DNA of 64,000 nt from an uncultured Clostridiaceae bacterium (GTDB lineage: Bacteria > Bacillota > Limnochordia > Darwinibacteriales > Darwinibacteriaceae): positions 12,474 to 76,473 of the forward strand of contig CAZAJB010000003.1 in the NCBI GenBank assembly GCA_964485345.1. The letters are read 5' to 3'. This document shows positions 54,072 through 64,000 of this stretch, piece after piece. Below the pieces are notes generated by a model. The model made no database searches, was not told the origin of the DNA, and saw only the letters and a list, made by a program, of their open reading frames with translations. Every line of letters begins with the position of its first letter. The first letter of the stretch is position 1. The position numbers and the translations under genes are program-made.

Positions 54072-56579
54072 CTACCTCCCATGGCATTTCTTATATTTCT
54101 TGCCGCTTCCACAAGGGCAAGGATCATTGCGGCCAACCTTCTCTTCTACTCGGCGTGGCTTTTGCTCGGCACCCTCTCCCTGGTTGGTCCTGGCACCGGC
54201 CAGGCGATCCTTTGGCTGCGTATAAGCACTCTCTTCGGCCAAGCGCACTTTAAAGAGCATGCTGATTGTCTCTTCCTGAATACTATTGACCATTTCCCGG
54301 AACATATCATAGGCCTCAAGGCGGTACTCCAAAAGCGGATCGCGCTGTGCTAAAGCTCGGAGCCCAATGCCTTCCCGCAGATCGTCCATAGAACTTAAGT
54401 GATTCATCCACTTTTGATCTGTGATTTGCAGCAGTACGACCTTTTCGATTTGCCTTTGCAGATCCGCCCCATACTTAGCCGTTCTCTCGGCATAGGCGCC
54501 CTGCGCAAAGTCGGCTAGTCTTTGGATGATCTCCTCAGGGCTCAGATCGCCGAGTTCCTTATCGCTCAGCGGTAAGCCCTTCCCCACAATCTCTGTATAG
54601 TGCTGCCGAATAGCGTCGATGTCCCACTCTTCAGGAATTATTTTTTCGTCAGCATAGCGATTTACAATCCGCCTCAAGACAGGTTCGAACATACCAGCTA
54701 TTTGCTCCGAAATATTCTCATCTAAAAGGACGCCGCGCCGCTGCCCATAAATGACCTCCCGTTGCTGGTTCATCACATCGTCATACTCAAGGACTTGTTT
54801 ACGGATCTCAAAATGGCGACTCTCTACTCGCTTTTGCGCGTTTTCGATGCCCTTGCTGATTTGGGGATGATCAATGACCTGATCCTCTTCCCAACCTAAA
54901 CGATCCATGATGCCCATGATGCGATCGGATCCAAACAAGCGCATAATGTCATCTTGCATGGACACATAAAACTGCGAAGACCCTGGGTCACCTTGCCTTC
55001 CTGCGCGCCCGCGCAACTGGTTGTCAATACGTCTCGATTCATGCCGTTCCGTACCAAGGATGTGGAGACCACCCAGCCCAACTACGCCTTCGCCTAAGAC
55101 AATGTCAGTACCGCGACCCGCCATGTTGGTGGCAATGGTGACCATACCAGGCTGACCCGCCTGTTTTACGATTTCTGCCTCTTTATCATGGTACTTGGCA
55201 TTCAAGACCTGATGCTCTACACCCTTGCGTTTAAGCATGGCGCTGAAGGCCTCTGAGGTCTCAATACTAATGGTACCCACGAGGACAGGTTGGCCTTTAC
55301 TGTGACGTTCCACAATATCGTTAATGATGGCCTCAGCCTTACCCTTAGCCGTCTTATAGACTGCGTCCGGCATATCTTGACGGATCATCGGCTTGTTGGT
55401 GGGTATGACCACAACATCAAGACCATAGATTTTGCGGAACTCGTCTTCTTCAGTTTTGGCGGTACCTGTCATTCCTGCCAGCTTAGAGTACATTCTGAAA
55501 TAGTTCTGATAGGTAATCGAAGCTAAGGTTTGGCTTTCCTTCAAGACAGAAACGCCTTCTTTGGCCTCAATACTCTGGTGCAAGCCGTCAGAATAGCGAC
55601 GCCCCTCCATCATACGACCGGTGAACTCATCAACGATAATCACCTGGTCATCCTTCACCACATAATCCCGATCACGCATAAAAAACTCCTTGGCCTTCAA
55701 CGCTTGATTGAGGTAGTGGTTCAGTTCGAAGTGCACATCATCAAAGAGATTCTCTACACCTAGGATCTTCTCTACACGGGCTACGCCCTCTTCGGTAATT
55801 GCAATGGTTCGCGCTTTTTCGTCCACAGCATAATCCTGTTCGGGCCTGAGTTGTGGAACAATTTGAGCAAAACGCATGTAATGCTTAGCTGAGTCCTCTG
55901 CTGCTCCCGAAATAATCAGAGGCGTTCTGGCCTCATCAATCAGGATGGAGTCCACTTCGTCCACGATGGAATAGTGTAGTTCCCGTTGTACCATTTGATC
56001 AGAGGATACAACCATGTTATCGCGCAGATAGTCAAAACCGAATTCATTGTTGGTACCATAGGTGATATGGGCACCATAGGCTTCCTGGCGCTCCTGGAAA
56101 CTCAACCCGTGGACTACAACTCCCACCTTGAGACCAAGAAACTCGTAAATTCGACCCATCCACTCCGAGTCACGCCGAGCCAGGTAATCATTGACGGTTA
56201 CCACATGAACCCCTCGATTGGTCAGTGCATTGAGGTAGACAGGAAGAGTAGCCATAAGCGTCTTCCCTTCACCGGTTTTCATCTCCGCAATACGACCCTG
56301 GTGGAGAATGATTCCACCCACGAGCTGCACATCAAAATGACGCATACCAAGAACACGCCTTGATGCCTCACGAACGGTTGCAAAGGCTTCCGGAAGGATA
56401 TCGTCTAAAGCGGCGCCACCCTGCAGCCTTGCCTGAAAATCAGCGGTTTTGCAGCCAAGTTCGCTATCGCTGAGGGCCTGCATCGCCGGTTCGAGAGTAT
56501 TGATGGATTGAATAACCGGTTCTAGCCGTTTTAGCTCTCGTTCTGTAGGATCAAAAAAATTCTTTATACTCTTGAGCAC
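54072..56579 (-). CDS. secA: Preprotein translocase ATPase SecA
   Basis: Start reassigned to GTG at 56579 ([19 protein letters not shown]) after GGGAGG with a 7-nt spacer. DEAD-like motor motifs and C-terminal zinc finger [14 protein letters not shown]. Confidence 0.97.
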   Translation of the reverse strand: MLKSIKNFFDPTERELKRLEPVIQSINTLEPAMQALSDSELGCKTADFQARLQGGAALDDILPEAFATVREASRRVLGMRHFDVQLVGGIILHQGRIAEMKTGEGKTLMATLPVYLNALTNRGVHVVTVNDYLARRDSEWMGRIYEFLGLKVGVVVHGLSFQERQEAYGAHITYGTNNEFGFDYLRDNMVVSSDQMVQRELHYSIVDEVDSILIDEARTPLIISGAAEDSAKHYMRFAQIVPQLRPEQDYAVDEKARTIAITEEGVARVEKILGVENLFDDVHFELNHYLNQALKAKEFFMRDRDYVVKDDQVIIVDEFTGRMMEGRRYSDGLHQSIEAKEGVSVLKESQTLASITYQNYFRMYSKLAGMTGTAKTEEDEFRKIYGLDVVVIPTNKPMIRQDMPDAVYKTAKGKAEAIINDIVERHSKGQPVLVGTISIETSEAFSAMLKRKGVEHQVLNAKYHDKEAEIVKQAGQPGMVTIATNMAGRGTDIVLGEGVVGLGGLHILGTERHESRRIDNQLRGRAGRQGDPGSSQFYVSMQDDIMRLFGSDRIMGIMDRLGWEEDQVIDHPQISKGIENAQKRVESRHFEIRKQVLEYDDVMNQQREVIYGQRRGVLLDENISEQIAGMFEPVLRRIVNRYADEKIIPEEWDIDAIRQHYTEIVGKGLPLSDKELGDLSPEEIIQRLADFAQGAYAERTAKYGADLQRQIEKVVLLQITDQKWMNHLSSMDDLREGIGLRALAQRDPLLEYRLEAYDMFREMVNSIQEETISMLFKVRLAEESAYTQPKDRLAGARTNQGEGAEQKPRRVEEKVGRNDPCPCGSGKKYKKCHGR

Positions 56580-56610
56580 ATCTCTACCTCCCGGATCTAT
56601 TTCTATCGTA

Positions 56611-57717
56611 CTATCCCTTGCTACCCGCGTCAATCAATGCCCATAGTCCCCCTGCTACAAGGGAGTGCCCGCCAAGCAAGACCGGAATCGGGGCTGCCAT
56701 AGCGGCACGGGTAAAGTCTCTGAGCATGGGATGGGAAATTAAGTCTACCTCTCCTAAATCCGATGCAAAGCGATCGGCAGATGTGAGCTGCCAACCAAAG
56801 TGTTCGAATAGTACCCTGGTATCTAAGACGGCACCTAGCGCGATTTCTGCTAAGAAGTCAAAGAACTTCTGGAATCCTAGTTCTTCGACAAGTCTCCCCA
56901 TGAGTGCTTTCACTTCGCCCCTGGCATCGCGCCCTAAAGCCTTCATTCCACGCTCCTCGGAATAAAGGCGCAAGCGGCAGCGAGTATTGGCATCTAGGTA
57001 TTGAAACAGGTTAGAACCTACACGACCATAAATGACCAATTCACCGTTGGGATTTCCAAGCAAATCTTTGATCGCTGTATAACGTTGAAAATCCCAGTTC
57101 AGATCGGCCACAGCCTGCCGGGTATGAACGCCCCGATCGGGATGCACCGACATAATCATAATATCGGTAGGAGTATCAATATCGAAGTTCAGACCCAGGG
57201 TGCGCTGGATGGGAATCCACCTCAATCCAGCTTCGTTACTCAAGGCCAGTGCCAGTGTGTTGTCGATAGCTGGGAGAGTGATGCTATTTACAGCTTGCCC
57301 AGGTGTAAAGCCCACAATGTCTGCAGAGTAGTAATTGTTAGCTAGCAGGATTCCATCATTTTGCTCCAATAGTTCGCTCAGATACGTAAACTCTGCAGAT
57401 GAAATCAGGGGAGCGGATGCTCCCCCCATATACAAAACTTTTTCTAAGCCATAGGCCTGCACAACATCCCGTAAACGTTGCCCAAAATGGAAGGGTTCGC
57501 CGAGTTCTTCATCAACTACGACTTCGACTCCTGTTGATTGTAGTTGTGCCGCGAGCTCTTCATAGGGCGTTACCACGATAATGTGCTCCAAACCACCTTG
57601 CCTGGCCCGGTCCACAAGATCCAATACCATTCCTTGCCTAACCATCTGCATTTGCGCCTCTAGCGCACTACGCACTAGACCGCCTTCAAATACGACTAGG
57701 CTTACTGTCTGTGCCAT
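56611..57717 (-). CDS. Hypothetical two-domain protein (368 aa). The N-terminal half resembles GT-A / CofC-MobA-like nucleotidyltransferase folds; the C-terminal half is unassigned
   Basis: Start reassigned to [13 protein letters not shown] (ATG at 57717, 1 nt after the hpf stop). The N-domain ends with FDIDTPTDI, resembling the DxDTPxD tail of CofC/DUF2064-type proteins. No motif recognised in the C-terminal ~170 aa. Confidence 0.4.
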   Translation of the reverse strand: MAQTVSLVVFEGGLVRSALEAQMQMVRQGMVLDLVDRARQGGLEHIIVVTPYEELAAQLQSTGVEVVVDEELGEPFHFGQRLRDVVQAYGLEKVLYMGGASAPLISSAEFTYLSELLEQNDGILLANNYYSADIVGFTPGQAVNSITLPAIDNTLALALSNEAGLRWIPIQRTLGLNFDIDTPTDIMIMSVHPDRGVHTRQAVADLNWDFQRYTAIKDLLGNPNGELVIYGRVGSNLFQYLDANTRCRLRLYSEERGMKALGRDARGEVKALMGRLVEELGFQKFFDFLAEIALGAVLDTRVLFEHFGWQLTSADRFASDLGEVDLISHPMLRDFTRAAMAAPIPVLLGGHSLVAGGLWALIDAGSKG

Positions 57718-57718
57718 C

Positions 57719-58264
57719 TTAGAACTTGGACTCGATGAGCCCGTAGTTGCCGTCACTGCGTTTATATACAACACTTACATCACCTGTGTCTGCATCTCGG
57801 AATACAAAGAAGTCATGACCCAAAAGCTCCATCTGCATCACCGCCTCGTCGACATCCATGGGCTTAAGGGCAAATCGCTTGGTTCTTACAATACGCGGTT
57901 CTTGGCCATCTCCTTGCGCCTCTGGACTAGCTGCTGGCATTTCGCCTAGTTTTGGTCCATGAATTCTACGGCTGAGTTTAGCCTTGTATTTGTTGAACTG
58001 GCGCTCAATGCGATCAACTGCCGCATCAATTGAGACATACATATCACCCGTCTTGCCCTCTCCGCGAAGTATTGTCCCCGAAAGGTTCATGGTGACCTCG
58101 GCAATGTGAATACCCCGTTCTGTCCTGAGCATCACCTCCGCAGAGAATGCCTGGTTATCATTGAGGTATTTTTCAAGTTTGGCAACTTTCTTTTCAACGT
58201 AGCTCCGTAAAGATTCGGTAATCTCTAGATTCTTACCTGAAATATTGATTCTGATTGTGGACAT
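57719..58264 (-). CDS. hpf: Ribosome hibernation promoting factor (long HPF)
   Basis: 181 aa. N-terminal S30AE domain (NISGKNLEITESLRSYVEKK) and C-terminal dimerisation domain (IVRTKRFALKPMDVDEAVMQMELLGHDFFVF). Confidence 0.95.
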   Translation of the reverse strand: MSTIRINISGKNLEITESLRSYVEKKVAKLEKYLNDNQAFSAEVMLRTERGIHIAEVTMNLSGTILRGEGKTGDMYVSIDAAVDRIERQFNKYKAKLSRRIHGPKLGEMPAASPEAQGDGQEPRIVRTKRFALKPMDVDEAVMQMELLGHDFFVFRDADTGDVSVVYKRSDGNYGLIESKF

Positions 58265-58339
58265 GTCATCACTCCTTCAATGATAAGCTTCGTTAATACC
58301 TAATATTTCCCATCCGTGGGCGAAAATCCTTCCCTTGAG

Positions 58340-58369
58340 AAAAAAATGGACTGAGTTTACACTCAGTCC
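58340..58369 (-). terminator. Rho-independent terminator after cspA
   Basis: Minus strand reads GGACTGAG-TGTAA-ACTCAGTCC followed by ATTTTTTT. Confidence 0.75.
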
Positions 58370-58377
58370 TCTTCAGG

Positions 58378-58578
58378 TTAGATTTTAACTACATTAGAAG
58401 CTTGCGGCCCTCTGTCACCAGAAACAATCTCGAACTCAACGCTTTCGCCCTCTTGGAGAGCTTTGAAACCCTCTTGTTGAATTGCTGAAAAGTGTACGAA
58501 TACATCGCCTTCACCATCTTCACGTTCGATAAATCCATAGCCCTTTTCAGCGTTAAACCACTTCACCTTACCTAACAT
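58378..58578 (-). CDS. cspA: Cold-shock protein (CSD)
   Basis: 66 aa, [15 protein letters not shown] (RNP-1) and VFVHFSAI (RNP-2). Confidence 0.97.
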   Translation of the reverse strand: MLGKVKWFNAEKGYGFIEREDGEGDVFVHFSAIQQEGFKALQEGESVEFEIVSGDRGPQASNVVKI

Positions 58579-58632
58579 TACTTACACTCCTCCTAAGCTT
58601 TGAAACTCCGGGCCTAATTTTCCGGTTACTTA

Positions 58633-58662
58633 ACTTTAACATAACACACAGGCGATTGTCAA
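58633..58662 (-). promoter_or_regulatory. Putative sigma-A promoter of cspA
   Basis: Minus strand reads TTGACA (58662-58657), an 18-nt spacer ending in TGT, then TAAAGT (58638-58633). This leaves a ~50-nt 5' UTR. Confidence 0.45.
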
Positions 58663-58688
58663 GGTTTGGAAGATTCGTGGAGCTATGG

Positions 58689-59150
58689 CTACTTCTTACC
58701 GTAGGCCTGTCCAGCTCGTTTGACTTGGGCAGTCTTGACCTTAGGCACCTGCGTTGCGTCGAGATACTTGTTCAATGCTTCTTCATTGCGGCGCTCCTGC
58801 GCTTCTAGAGCCTCTAAAACTGGAAGCAGGTTGGCAATCGCTTCCTCCAACTCGTAGAGTTCTTCCCGATAATAGGATGGCGCTACCAACTTGAGCTGCG
58901 GTAGGGAAAACGCGTCTAGATCAAAATGACGAGCCAGTTGATCCTGTACCGTCTTGATCCGCTGCTCATAGCCTCCGGCCTGTGTCAGCAAGTCCTCCTT
59001 CTCTTTGAGGACCTTCAGTAGGCCGTCAAGCTGGCCTTCACCGATCAGTTCTTGCTCCCCGGCGCCTACCGCTCGAATCTGCTCATACAGCTTCAGCTGT
59101 TCTTCATAGGCCGTGGCAAGTTCGCAAAGTTTGTCCCTGATTTCTTTCAT
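58689..59150 (-). CDS. FliT/FlgN-like flagellar export chaperone (by position and helical character)
   Basis: Start at ATG 59150 overlaps the fliS stop (ATGA). 153 aa, all-helical and charged (MKEIRDKLCELATAYEEQLKLYEQI...). It occupies the fliT slot after fliS in the B. subtilis order. Confidence 0.5.
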   Translation of the reverse strand: MKEIRDKLCELATAYEEQLKLYEQIRAVGAGEQELIGEGQLDGLLKVLKEKEDLLTQAGGYEQRIKTVQDQLARHFDLDAFSLPQLKLVAPSYYREELYELEEAIANLLPVLEALEAQERRNEEALNKYLDATQVPKVKTAQVKRAGQAYGKK

Positions 59151-59518
59151 CGGGTCTGTCCCACCACCTGCTCCCAAGTATCCCTAAGCTCGACTAACAT
59201 GCCAAGGGCACTATCCACAATGGCAGGGTCTTTCTTAATGTTGGCTTGGACTAAAAGATCATGGATATATACATATAATTGCTGCAAACTTTGTGCGATT
59301 TCCCCCACACCAAGATCAAGAGAGAGGATGAGCTCGTTGATAATGTCCTGTGTACGAATTAACTTGGCGCTAGCGTTCTCAAGTTCCCCCATGGCCATGA
59401 AATCCTTGGACTGGCGGGCAAAACGAATCGCCCCGTCAAATAGCATCATTAAGAGCTCACCCTGGGATGCCGTGGAAACCTGTGTCTGTCTATAGACCTG
59501 ATAAGCATGTACACTCAT
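59147..59518 (-). CDS. fliS: Flagellar export chaperone FliS
   Basis: 123 aa, YRQTQVSTASQGELLMMLFDGAIRF is typical of FliS. Confidence 0.9.
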   Translation of the reverse strand: MSVHAYQVYRQTQVSTASQGELLMMLFDGAIRFARQSKDFMAMGELENASAKLIRTQDIINELILSLDLGVGEIAQSLQQLYVYIHDLLVQANIKKDPAIVDSALGMLVELRDTWEQVVGQTR

Positions 59519-59529
59519 AAGAATACCCC

Positions 59530-59925
59530 CTAAGCCCGTTCATCAATGAGAAGACCAATCATTTCGCGAATGCGAGCAACCGTATCCAATACAGCTTCCG
59601 GAGGAATCTCTTTAATAACCTCGTCTGTATTAGCATTAACCACCTTAACCATGATCCGCTGTGTATCTTCATGTACGGAGAACCTTAGAGCTCGGTTAAT
59701 GTGCTCAATAGCATCATTGATACTGTCAACCGCTGATTCAACCTCTGCCTTACTTGGCACATTCTTCAACTCGTCCTTTGAAACTTCTTCTTTCCATAGC
59801 TTGTCCACATGCGTCCCTTGTTCACTCTTGGTAGCCCTCTGCACGTGGGTGGGGCTCGCATAAACCTGAGGCATGGGTTCAGACCTTGTCAGATCATTTA
59901 CCACAGACTGCATTTTGAAGCTCAT
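59530..59925 (-). CDS. flaG: Flagellar protein FlaG
   Basis: Likely ATG start at 59925 after AGGAG with an 8-nt spacer. C-terminal pattern LRFSVHEDTQRIMVKVVNANTDEVIKEIPPEAVLD...IGLLIDERA matches the FlaG family. Confidence 0.8.
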   Translation of the reverse strand: MSFKMQSVVNDLTRSEPMPQVYASPTHVQRATKSEQGTHVDKLWKEEVSKDELKNVPSKAEVESAVDSINDAIEHINRALRFSVHEDTQRIMVKVVNANTDEVIKEIPPEAVLDTVARIREMIGLLIDERA

Positions 59926-59936
59926 TCTCGTCACTC

Positions 59937-60182
59937 CTAGCCTTTGTGAGGTTTTGATTCCCTAACTGTTCGTTCCAGAACTCCCAAATCAATCTGCCTT
60001 GTTAGCGCAGCCCTCTGGTTTTCGGCCTGAATATCCTCATAAATCTCATGACGGTGCACAAGAACATCCCTAGGAGCGTCGATCCCTATTTTCACTTGAT
60101 CGCCCCGTACATCCACTACGACAATACGAATGTTGTCGCCAATCATTATGCTCTGATCTACCTTGCGCGTTAGCACCAACAT
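59937..60182 (-). CDS. csrA: Carbon storage regulator CsrA (flagellar-type, FliW-partnered)
   Basis: [48 protein letters not shown]. 81 aa with a C-terminal extension. Downstream of fliW. Confidence 0.95.
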   Translation of the reverse strand: MLVLTRKVDQSIMIGDNIRIVVVDVRGDQVKIGIDAPRDVLVHRHEIYEDIQAENQRAALTRQIDLGVLERTVRESKPHKG

Positions 60183-60226
60183 GTTTGTCCCTCCCTGGAC
60201 TGTATTCTTTCCGAACTAGCCCGGAA

Positions 60227-60718
60227 TTAGACCGATTCTCGAATCTTCTCTCCTTCTTGCATTTCACGCTGCTTCTGTAGCAAGTAGGCGTTTTTATGCA
60301 TTTCTGCAAGGACATTATGCTTGGTATGATACGTATCGCCTTGGATAATGAGCTGGGCCCCCACGAGCTCCTTGGTGTTAATGACGACAGGAGCTTGGAG
60401 ATTGACTGTCATCTCTGCTACATTCTCGGGAATGGTCACAATGCCGTAAAGCTTACCGTCTTCGGGAGACTCCACCTTCAAGAGGTCAATATCTTCGTCG
60501 TTTAACTGCACGGAGTAATCACAGCAGACCAACTCTGGCATGATTACGACAAAACTCAGGTCGGGTTCGTCCACCGACTGAAGGAAACTAAAGACACTAC
60601 CTTCTTGCTCCACAATTACGTAACGATGATACTCCGAAAAGCCTAGGATCCCCACGGGAAAGTGAATGATTTTTTCTTCGTCCACCTGCAGAGTTCCTAA
60701 CTTTGTCATTAGTTCCAC
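60227..60718 (-). CDS. fliW: Flagellar assembly factor FliW
   Basis: TKLGTLQVDEEKIIHFPVGILGFSEYHRYVIV...FLQSVDEPDLSFVVI...NLQAPVVIN is typical of FliW. It has an ~20-aa C-terminal extension. Confidence 0.9.
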   Translation of the reverse strand: MELMTKLGTLQVDEEKIIHFPVGILGFSEYHRYVIVEQEGSVFSFLQSVDEPDLSFVVIMPELVCCDYSVQLNDEDIDLLKVESPEDGKLYGIVTIPENVAEMTVNLQAPVVINTKELVGAQLIIQGDTYHTKHNVLAEMHKNAYLLQKQREMQEGEKIRESV

Positions 60719-60734
60719 TTAATCCACCCCATCT

Positions 60735-61226
60735 TTACCCACGGACGTCCACCGTCACTCCACCTAAACTCCATGTGATCTTTGGCGGACGCACTTGGTG
60801 CGTAATATTGACCCCTCCCTGGCTCCAGTTCATATCCTGTCGATACTTAAAACGAATTTCTGGTCTTGTGCTCGGTGCCGCACGAATGTTGAGCTCTGGA
60901 ATTCGCTCTCGGGTTGCCCGTTTTGCCTGTTCAGCCAGGATCATCTCTTCCCTGAAATGACCCGCTCGCTGCACGACTTCGTCTCCTGCGGCTACCATTC
61001 TTCCAATGGCCTCTGTGGTCTTTTGATAAGCACCATCCCGCACCTGCCGGCTGTAATATCCAAAACCTCCGAACCCTAGCTCATTACGGCTCTGCATTTG
61101 GTCAATTTCAATCTCAGGTCCCGTTGTCTGGATCTGCATTTCTGTGACCTCTTGCTGAATCTCTGCCCTTGGCCAATAGACCTCGAGTTCAAAGCTAGGA
61201 TATGTTGAGGTAATCTGTAGCATCAT
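60735..61226 (-). CDS. YviE-like protein (DUF6470-type), conserved between flgL and fliW
   Basis: 163 aa, in the same position as B. subtilis yviE. No enzymatic motif. Confidence 0.55.
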   Translation of the reverse strand: MMLQITSTYPSFELEVYWPRAEIQQEVTEMQIQTTGPEIEIDQMQSRNELGFGGFGYYSRQVRDGAYQKTTEAIGRMVAAGDEVVQRAGHFREEMILAEQAKRATRERIPELNIRAAPSTRPEIRFKYRQDMNWSQGGVNITHQVRPPKITWSLGGVTVDVRG

Positions 61227-61237
61227 CTTGTCCTACC

Positions 61238-62203
61238 TTAGCGTAAGAAATCTACCAGCGTAGGCTGGATAATACGTGCACCTACGGAAAGGGCAGTTCG
61301 ATAGGCAAATTCTTCCATCTTAAGTTCCATGATGGCCTCTGCATAATCCAGATCCTGATCCTCGGAGAGAATCTTGGTCAGATTGAGCTGTAAATCCACA
61401 AGGCGCTCCTTGGCGAGCTCAACTCGGTTTTGCTTGCCGCCAAGCTCAGATACCTGCCGCAGGACGCCGTCTAAGGCGTTATCTAGTTTACCCAAGACAT
61501 CAGAATCCGGCTTCGGGTCTGCCGCTACAAGCTCCCCATACAAGGATTGTAGAGCCTCAAAGACAGGCTCGAACAACTCCTTGCCTTTCATATTGACATC
61601 CATCCTCACGCCCGTGCCAATTTCAAAATCAATGGACATGGCGTCGTTGAGGTCAGCTGCGAGCTCCGCACCATGTTCGTCCAGCTTCGGAGTGCCGTCT
61701 GCGTTTCGTAGCACGGGTAGAAATTTGACATCAGGAAGTCCCGACCCCGTATCGGCGTCATCAACTTCAAAAGGCTTGTGTTGCGTGTATTGCCCTGCAA
61801 ACAAATACCGTCCTCCATGGGTGGAATTGGCGAGTTGCAATAGATTCCCATGCAACTGCGCAACCTCATCTGCCAACGCCTTTCTCGCCGTCTCATCCAA
61901 ATGGGATGATGCTCCATTGACACCTAGTTCCTTAGCCCTATGGATCACCGCTAAAACGTCTTCCATCACGACATTTGACGAATCAAGCCAGGATTCAGCC
62001 GAACCAATATTGCGCACCAGTTGGTCTGTTTCCCGAATCGAACTACTCGTCCGCAAAATAACACCCGCCTTAACCGGATCGTCAGAGGGCACATTAATCT
62101 GCTTCTTCGAGCCCAGTTGATTGTTTATGCGATCGAGGCGCGTTAACCCTCGGTTTAGATTCAAGAGCAGGTTATTATTCATGACTCGATTCGTTATTCG
62201 CAT
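61238..62203 (-). CDS. flgL: Flagellar hook-associated protein 3 (FlgL)
   Basis: MRITNRVMNNNLLLNLNRGLTRLDRINNQL...SDDP flagellin-type N-terminus. C-terminal helix ALSVGARIIQPTLVDFLR. 321 aa. Confidence 0.9.
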   Translation of the reverse strand: MRITNRVMNNNLLLNLNRGLTRLDRINNQLGSKKQINVPSDDPVKAGVILRTSSSIRETDQLVRNIGSAESWLDSSNVVMEDVLAVIHRAKELGVNGASSHLDETARKALADEVAQLHGNLLQLANSTHGGRYLFAGQYTQHKPFEVDDADTGSGLPDVKFLPVLRNADGTPKLDEHGAELAADLNDAMSIDFEIGTGVRMDVNMKGKELFEPVFEALQSLYGELVAADPKPDSDVLGKLDNALDGVLRQVSELGGKQNRVELAKERLVDLQLNLTKILSEDQDLDYAEAIMELKMEEFAYRTALSVGARIIQPTLVDFLR

Positions 62204-62216
62204 CAGTCAATCCCTC

Positions 62217-63713
62217 CTATCGTCCCACGATGCCTAGGCGGTTAATAATGGTATCTAGAGCCTCATCCATGGTCGTCATGACTCGAGCTGCTGCGCTATA
62301 GGCATGTTGATAGCGAATCATATTTGTCATTTCTTCGTCAAGGCTAACACCAGAGATGGAGTCCTTGAGGTTCTGTAAATGGAGTTCTAGGCCCGTACCG
62401 TTCTCATTCATACGTACAGCCTTCTGGGTGTCTACACCCAACTTCGAGATAATGGAGTTGTAAGCATCGCCAATACTGATCCTAGCTCCTCCTCCACCGC
62501 TGTCCACGTCTATGACGCGAGACGTTCGGAGTTCAGCTAGCTTGATAGCATTCAGTCCGTTACCTTCCGCATGGGCGATGGAACCTGCCCGAATCTTGGC
62601 CACATTTGTGGCAATTAGGGGATTGATCCGAATATTCATGGCTGCAAACGACATATCCGTATTCTCAGGCGCACCTGCTTCTTCAAAGACAAAGAAGCGA
62701 ATGGGATTCGCCGCACCGCCTATTCCATCAAGATCGTAGCCACCCTCATGAATCTCGTTAACCTTGGTGGCAAACTGCTTGGTCCAAGTATCCAATGCGG
62801 CAAGGGTTTTGGTTATATCATTATCCCGCAGATCCTGCAATCCCTTAATTTCACCAGAGTTAAGCTTTACCAGATTACCCGTGGTCGCCCAGCGGATCTC
62901 GTGCTTCTTATAATTTTCACCGTCGATGGTGACTCCAGAGGTGACCAAACCGTACGCGGTCCCACGGTGAACAAGGCTTGCCCCTCCGATGGTAACCCCA
63001 ACCATCCCAGCTTGGTCCGGCACCACGTCGACATCGACTAGTTGGCTCAGTTCCTCAATCATGGCGTCCCTAGCATCTAAGAGATCATTGGGCAAGCTAC
63101 CAGTGGCAGAAATCTTACCGATTTGAACGTTCAAATCGGCGATCCTGGTAGCCAGTGAATTCACATCACCGACCTTAAGGGGAATATCGCCGTTAAGGTT
63201 CTCCCTCAGACTCTGCAGGTGCGACCGTGTCCCAGTAATGGACTCGACTAAGACCTGTGCCCTCTGGACCACTACTTCTCGCACAGAGGCGAAATCAGGT
63301 TCGCGGCTCAGATCCTGCCAGGAATCCCAAAACTGGTCTAGGGCATAGTGGATTCCGTTTTCACTAGGCTCGTTGAAAAAAAGCTCCACCTGTCTGAGGC
63401 CTTCTTCCATAGTAGCCCAGTAGTTCGTGCTCTGAAGTTGCTGGCGTAGCCGGAGATCCACAAAGCCGTCGCGCATGCGGTTTATCTGACTGATTTGCAC
63501 GCCAGTACCCAATTGACCCGATGAAGGCGTGTATCCCATCATTGGTGTTGGGTAAGGTTTGGTGGCCGAATGAAGAGCCGTTTGCCGCGAATAGTTTGGG
63601 TTGTTCGCGTTGGCAACATTATGGCCCGTTATATCTAACGAGATTTGTTGGGTCTGCAAAGCACGGAGTGCAATGGATAGCCCACTAAAAGTCGTCCTTA
63701 TACTCATAATCAA
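62217..63713 (-). CDS. flgK: Flagellar hook-associated protein 1 (FlgK)
   Basis: TFSGLSIALRALQTQQISLDITGHNVANANNPNYSRQ N-terminus. C-terminal SGVSLDEEMTNMIRYQHAYSAAARV. 498 aa. Confidence 0.93.
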   Translation of the reverse strand: MIMSIRTTFSGLSIALRALQTQQISLDITGHNVANANNPNYSRQTALHSATKPYPTPMMGYTPSSGQLGTGVQISQINRMRDGFVDLRLRQQLQSTNYWATMEEGLRQVELFFNEPSENGIHYALDQFWDSWQDLSREPDFASVREVVVQRAQVLVESITGTRSHLQSLRENLNGDIPLKVGDVNSLATRIADLNVQIGKISATGSLPNDLLDARDAMIEELSQLVDVDVVPDQAGMVGVTIGGASLVHRGTAYGLVTSGVTIDGENYKKHEIRWATTGNLVKLNSGEIKGLQDLRDNDITKTLAALDTWTKQFATKVNEIHEGGYDLDGIGGAANPIRFFVFEEAGAPENTDMSFAAMNIRINPLIATNVAKIRAGSIAHAEGNGLNAIKLAELRTSRVIDVDSGGGGARISIGDAYNSIISKLGVDTQKAVRMNENGTGLELHLQNLKDSISGVSLDEEMTNMIRYQHAYSAAARVMTTMDEALDTIINRLGIVGR

Positions 63714-64000
63714 CTACACCTTTCGGTCGAAGATCGATTTGCCCGCAGTGTTCGCTCCTGGGCGTGTATACGTGGGAGAGGTATCGTCACCGATCAGCAG
63801 ATTCAAAGAAAACTGCACGTAACTCAGGGATTGGGTCAAAAGCTCCTGGTTGAGATCATTGAGGGATTGTAATCGCCCCAGGTTCTCAGTTAGGTCTAGA
63901 AGTAAAGGGGCCACTTCCTCTTGCTGTTCGCCGTCTAGCGATGTTAGCCACTCCTCGAGTGATTTGCCCACAGAGAGTACATCGAAAAGCTCAGATCGCT
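63714..64000 (-). CDS. flgN: FlgN-family flagellar chaperone (YvyG-like); N-terminus beyond the window edge
   Basis: The frame stays open upstream of the track start to the window end (..RSELFDVLSVGKSLEEWL..). Helical and Leu/Gln-rich, directly upstream of flgK as in B. subtilis yvyG. Confidence 0.55.
   Translation of the reverse strand, partial: RSELFDVLSVGKSLEEWLTSLDGEQQEEVAPLLLDLTENLGRLQSLNDLNQELLTQSLSYVQFSLNLLIGDDTSPTYTRPGANTAGKSIFDRKV

Noticed and set aside
56580-56633. SecA N-terminal extension overlapping the upstream gene
   Set aside because: SecA proteins start near MLKxIxK. A GTG at 56579 with GGGAGG 7 nt upstream fits this and removes the overlap.

Overview
Gene-dense chromosomal segment of a Firmicutes-type bacterium, mid-range GC by eye (not computed). 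All but three genes (XRE regulator, one small OMP, ppa) lie on the minus strand. Content is mostly core housekeeping: maf, spoIID, a small ferredoxin, a SPOR protein, folC, valS with a T-box leader, a Fur-family regulator, gatCAB, ligA, pcrA, hpt-guaA-hisIE, groESL with a perfect CIRCE operator, tsaE-tsaB-rimI-tsaD, uvrB-uvrA-uvrC, ppa, an S41 protease, tagA/csaB cell-wall polymer genes, prfB with its programmed +1 frameshift, secA, hpf, cspA and a late flagellar block (flgN-flgK-flgL-yviE-fliW-csrA-flaG-fliS-fliT-like). The order from flgN to prfB mirrors Bacillus subtilis. I saw no rRNA, tRNA, CRISPR array, transposase, integrase, prophage or recognisable defence island. I also do not see a convincing self-contained novel multi-gene system. 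The leads worth a second look are: (1) four predicted outer-membrane beta-barrel proteins, each ending in an aromatic Phe, in an otherwise Firmicute and sporulation context, which suggests a diderm Firmicute; (2) two similar-sized porin-like genes, each behind a ~400-nt non-coding leader, sharing an identical 16-mer at nearly the same distance from the start codon; (3) a GuaA whose glutaminase domain looks internally deleted; (4) a HisIE with an atypical catalytic loop, placed in a purine-salvage operon; (5) a late flagellar locus with no flagellin or fliD next to fliW-csrA; (6) an uncharacterised 368-aa protein between hpf and secA. All calls come from reading the sequence and translations by eye. 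No searches or computations were run.
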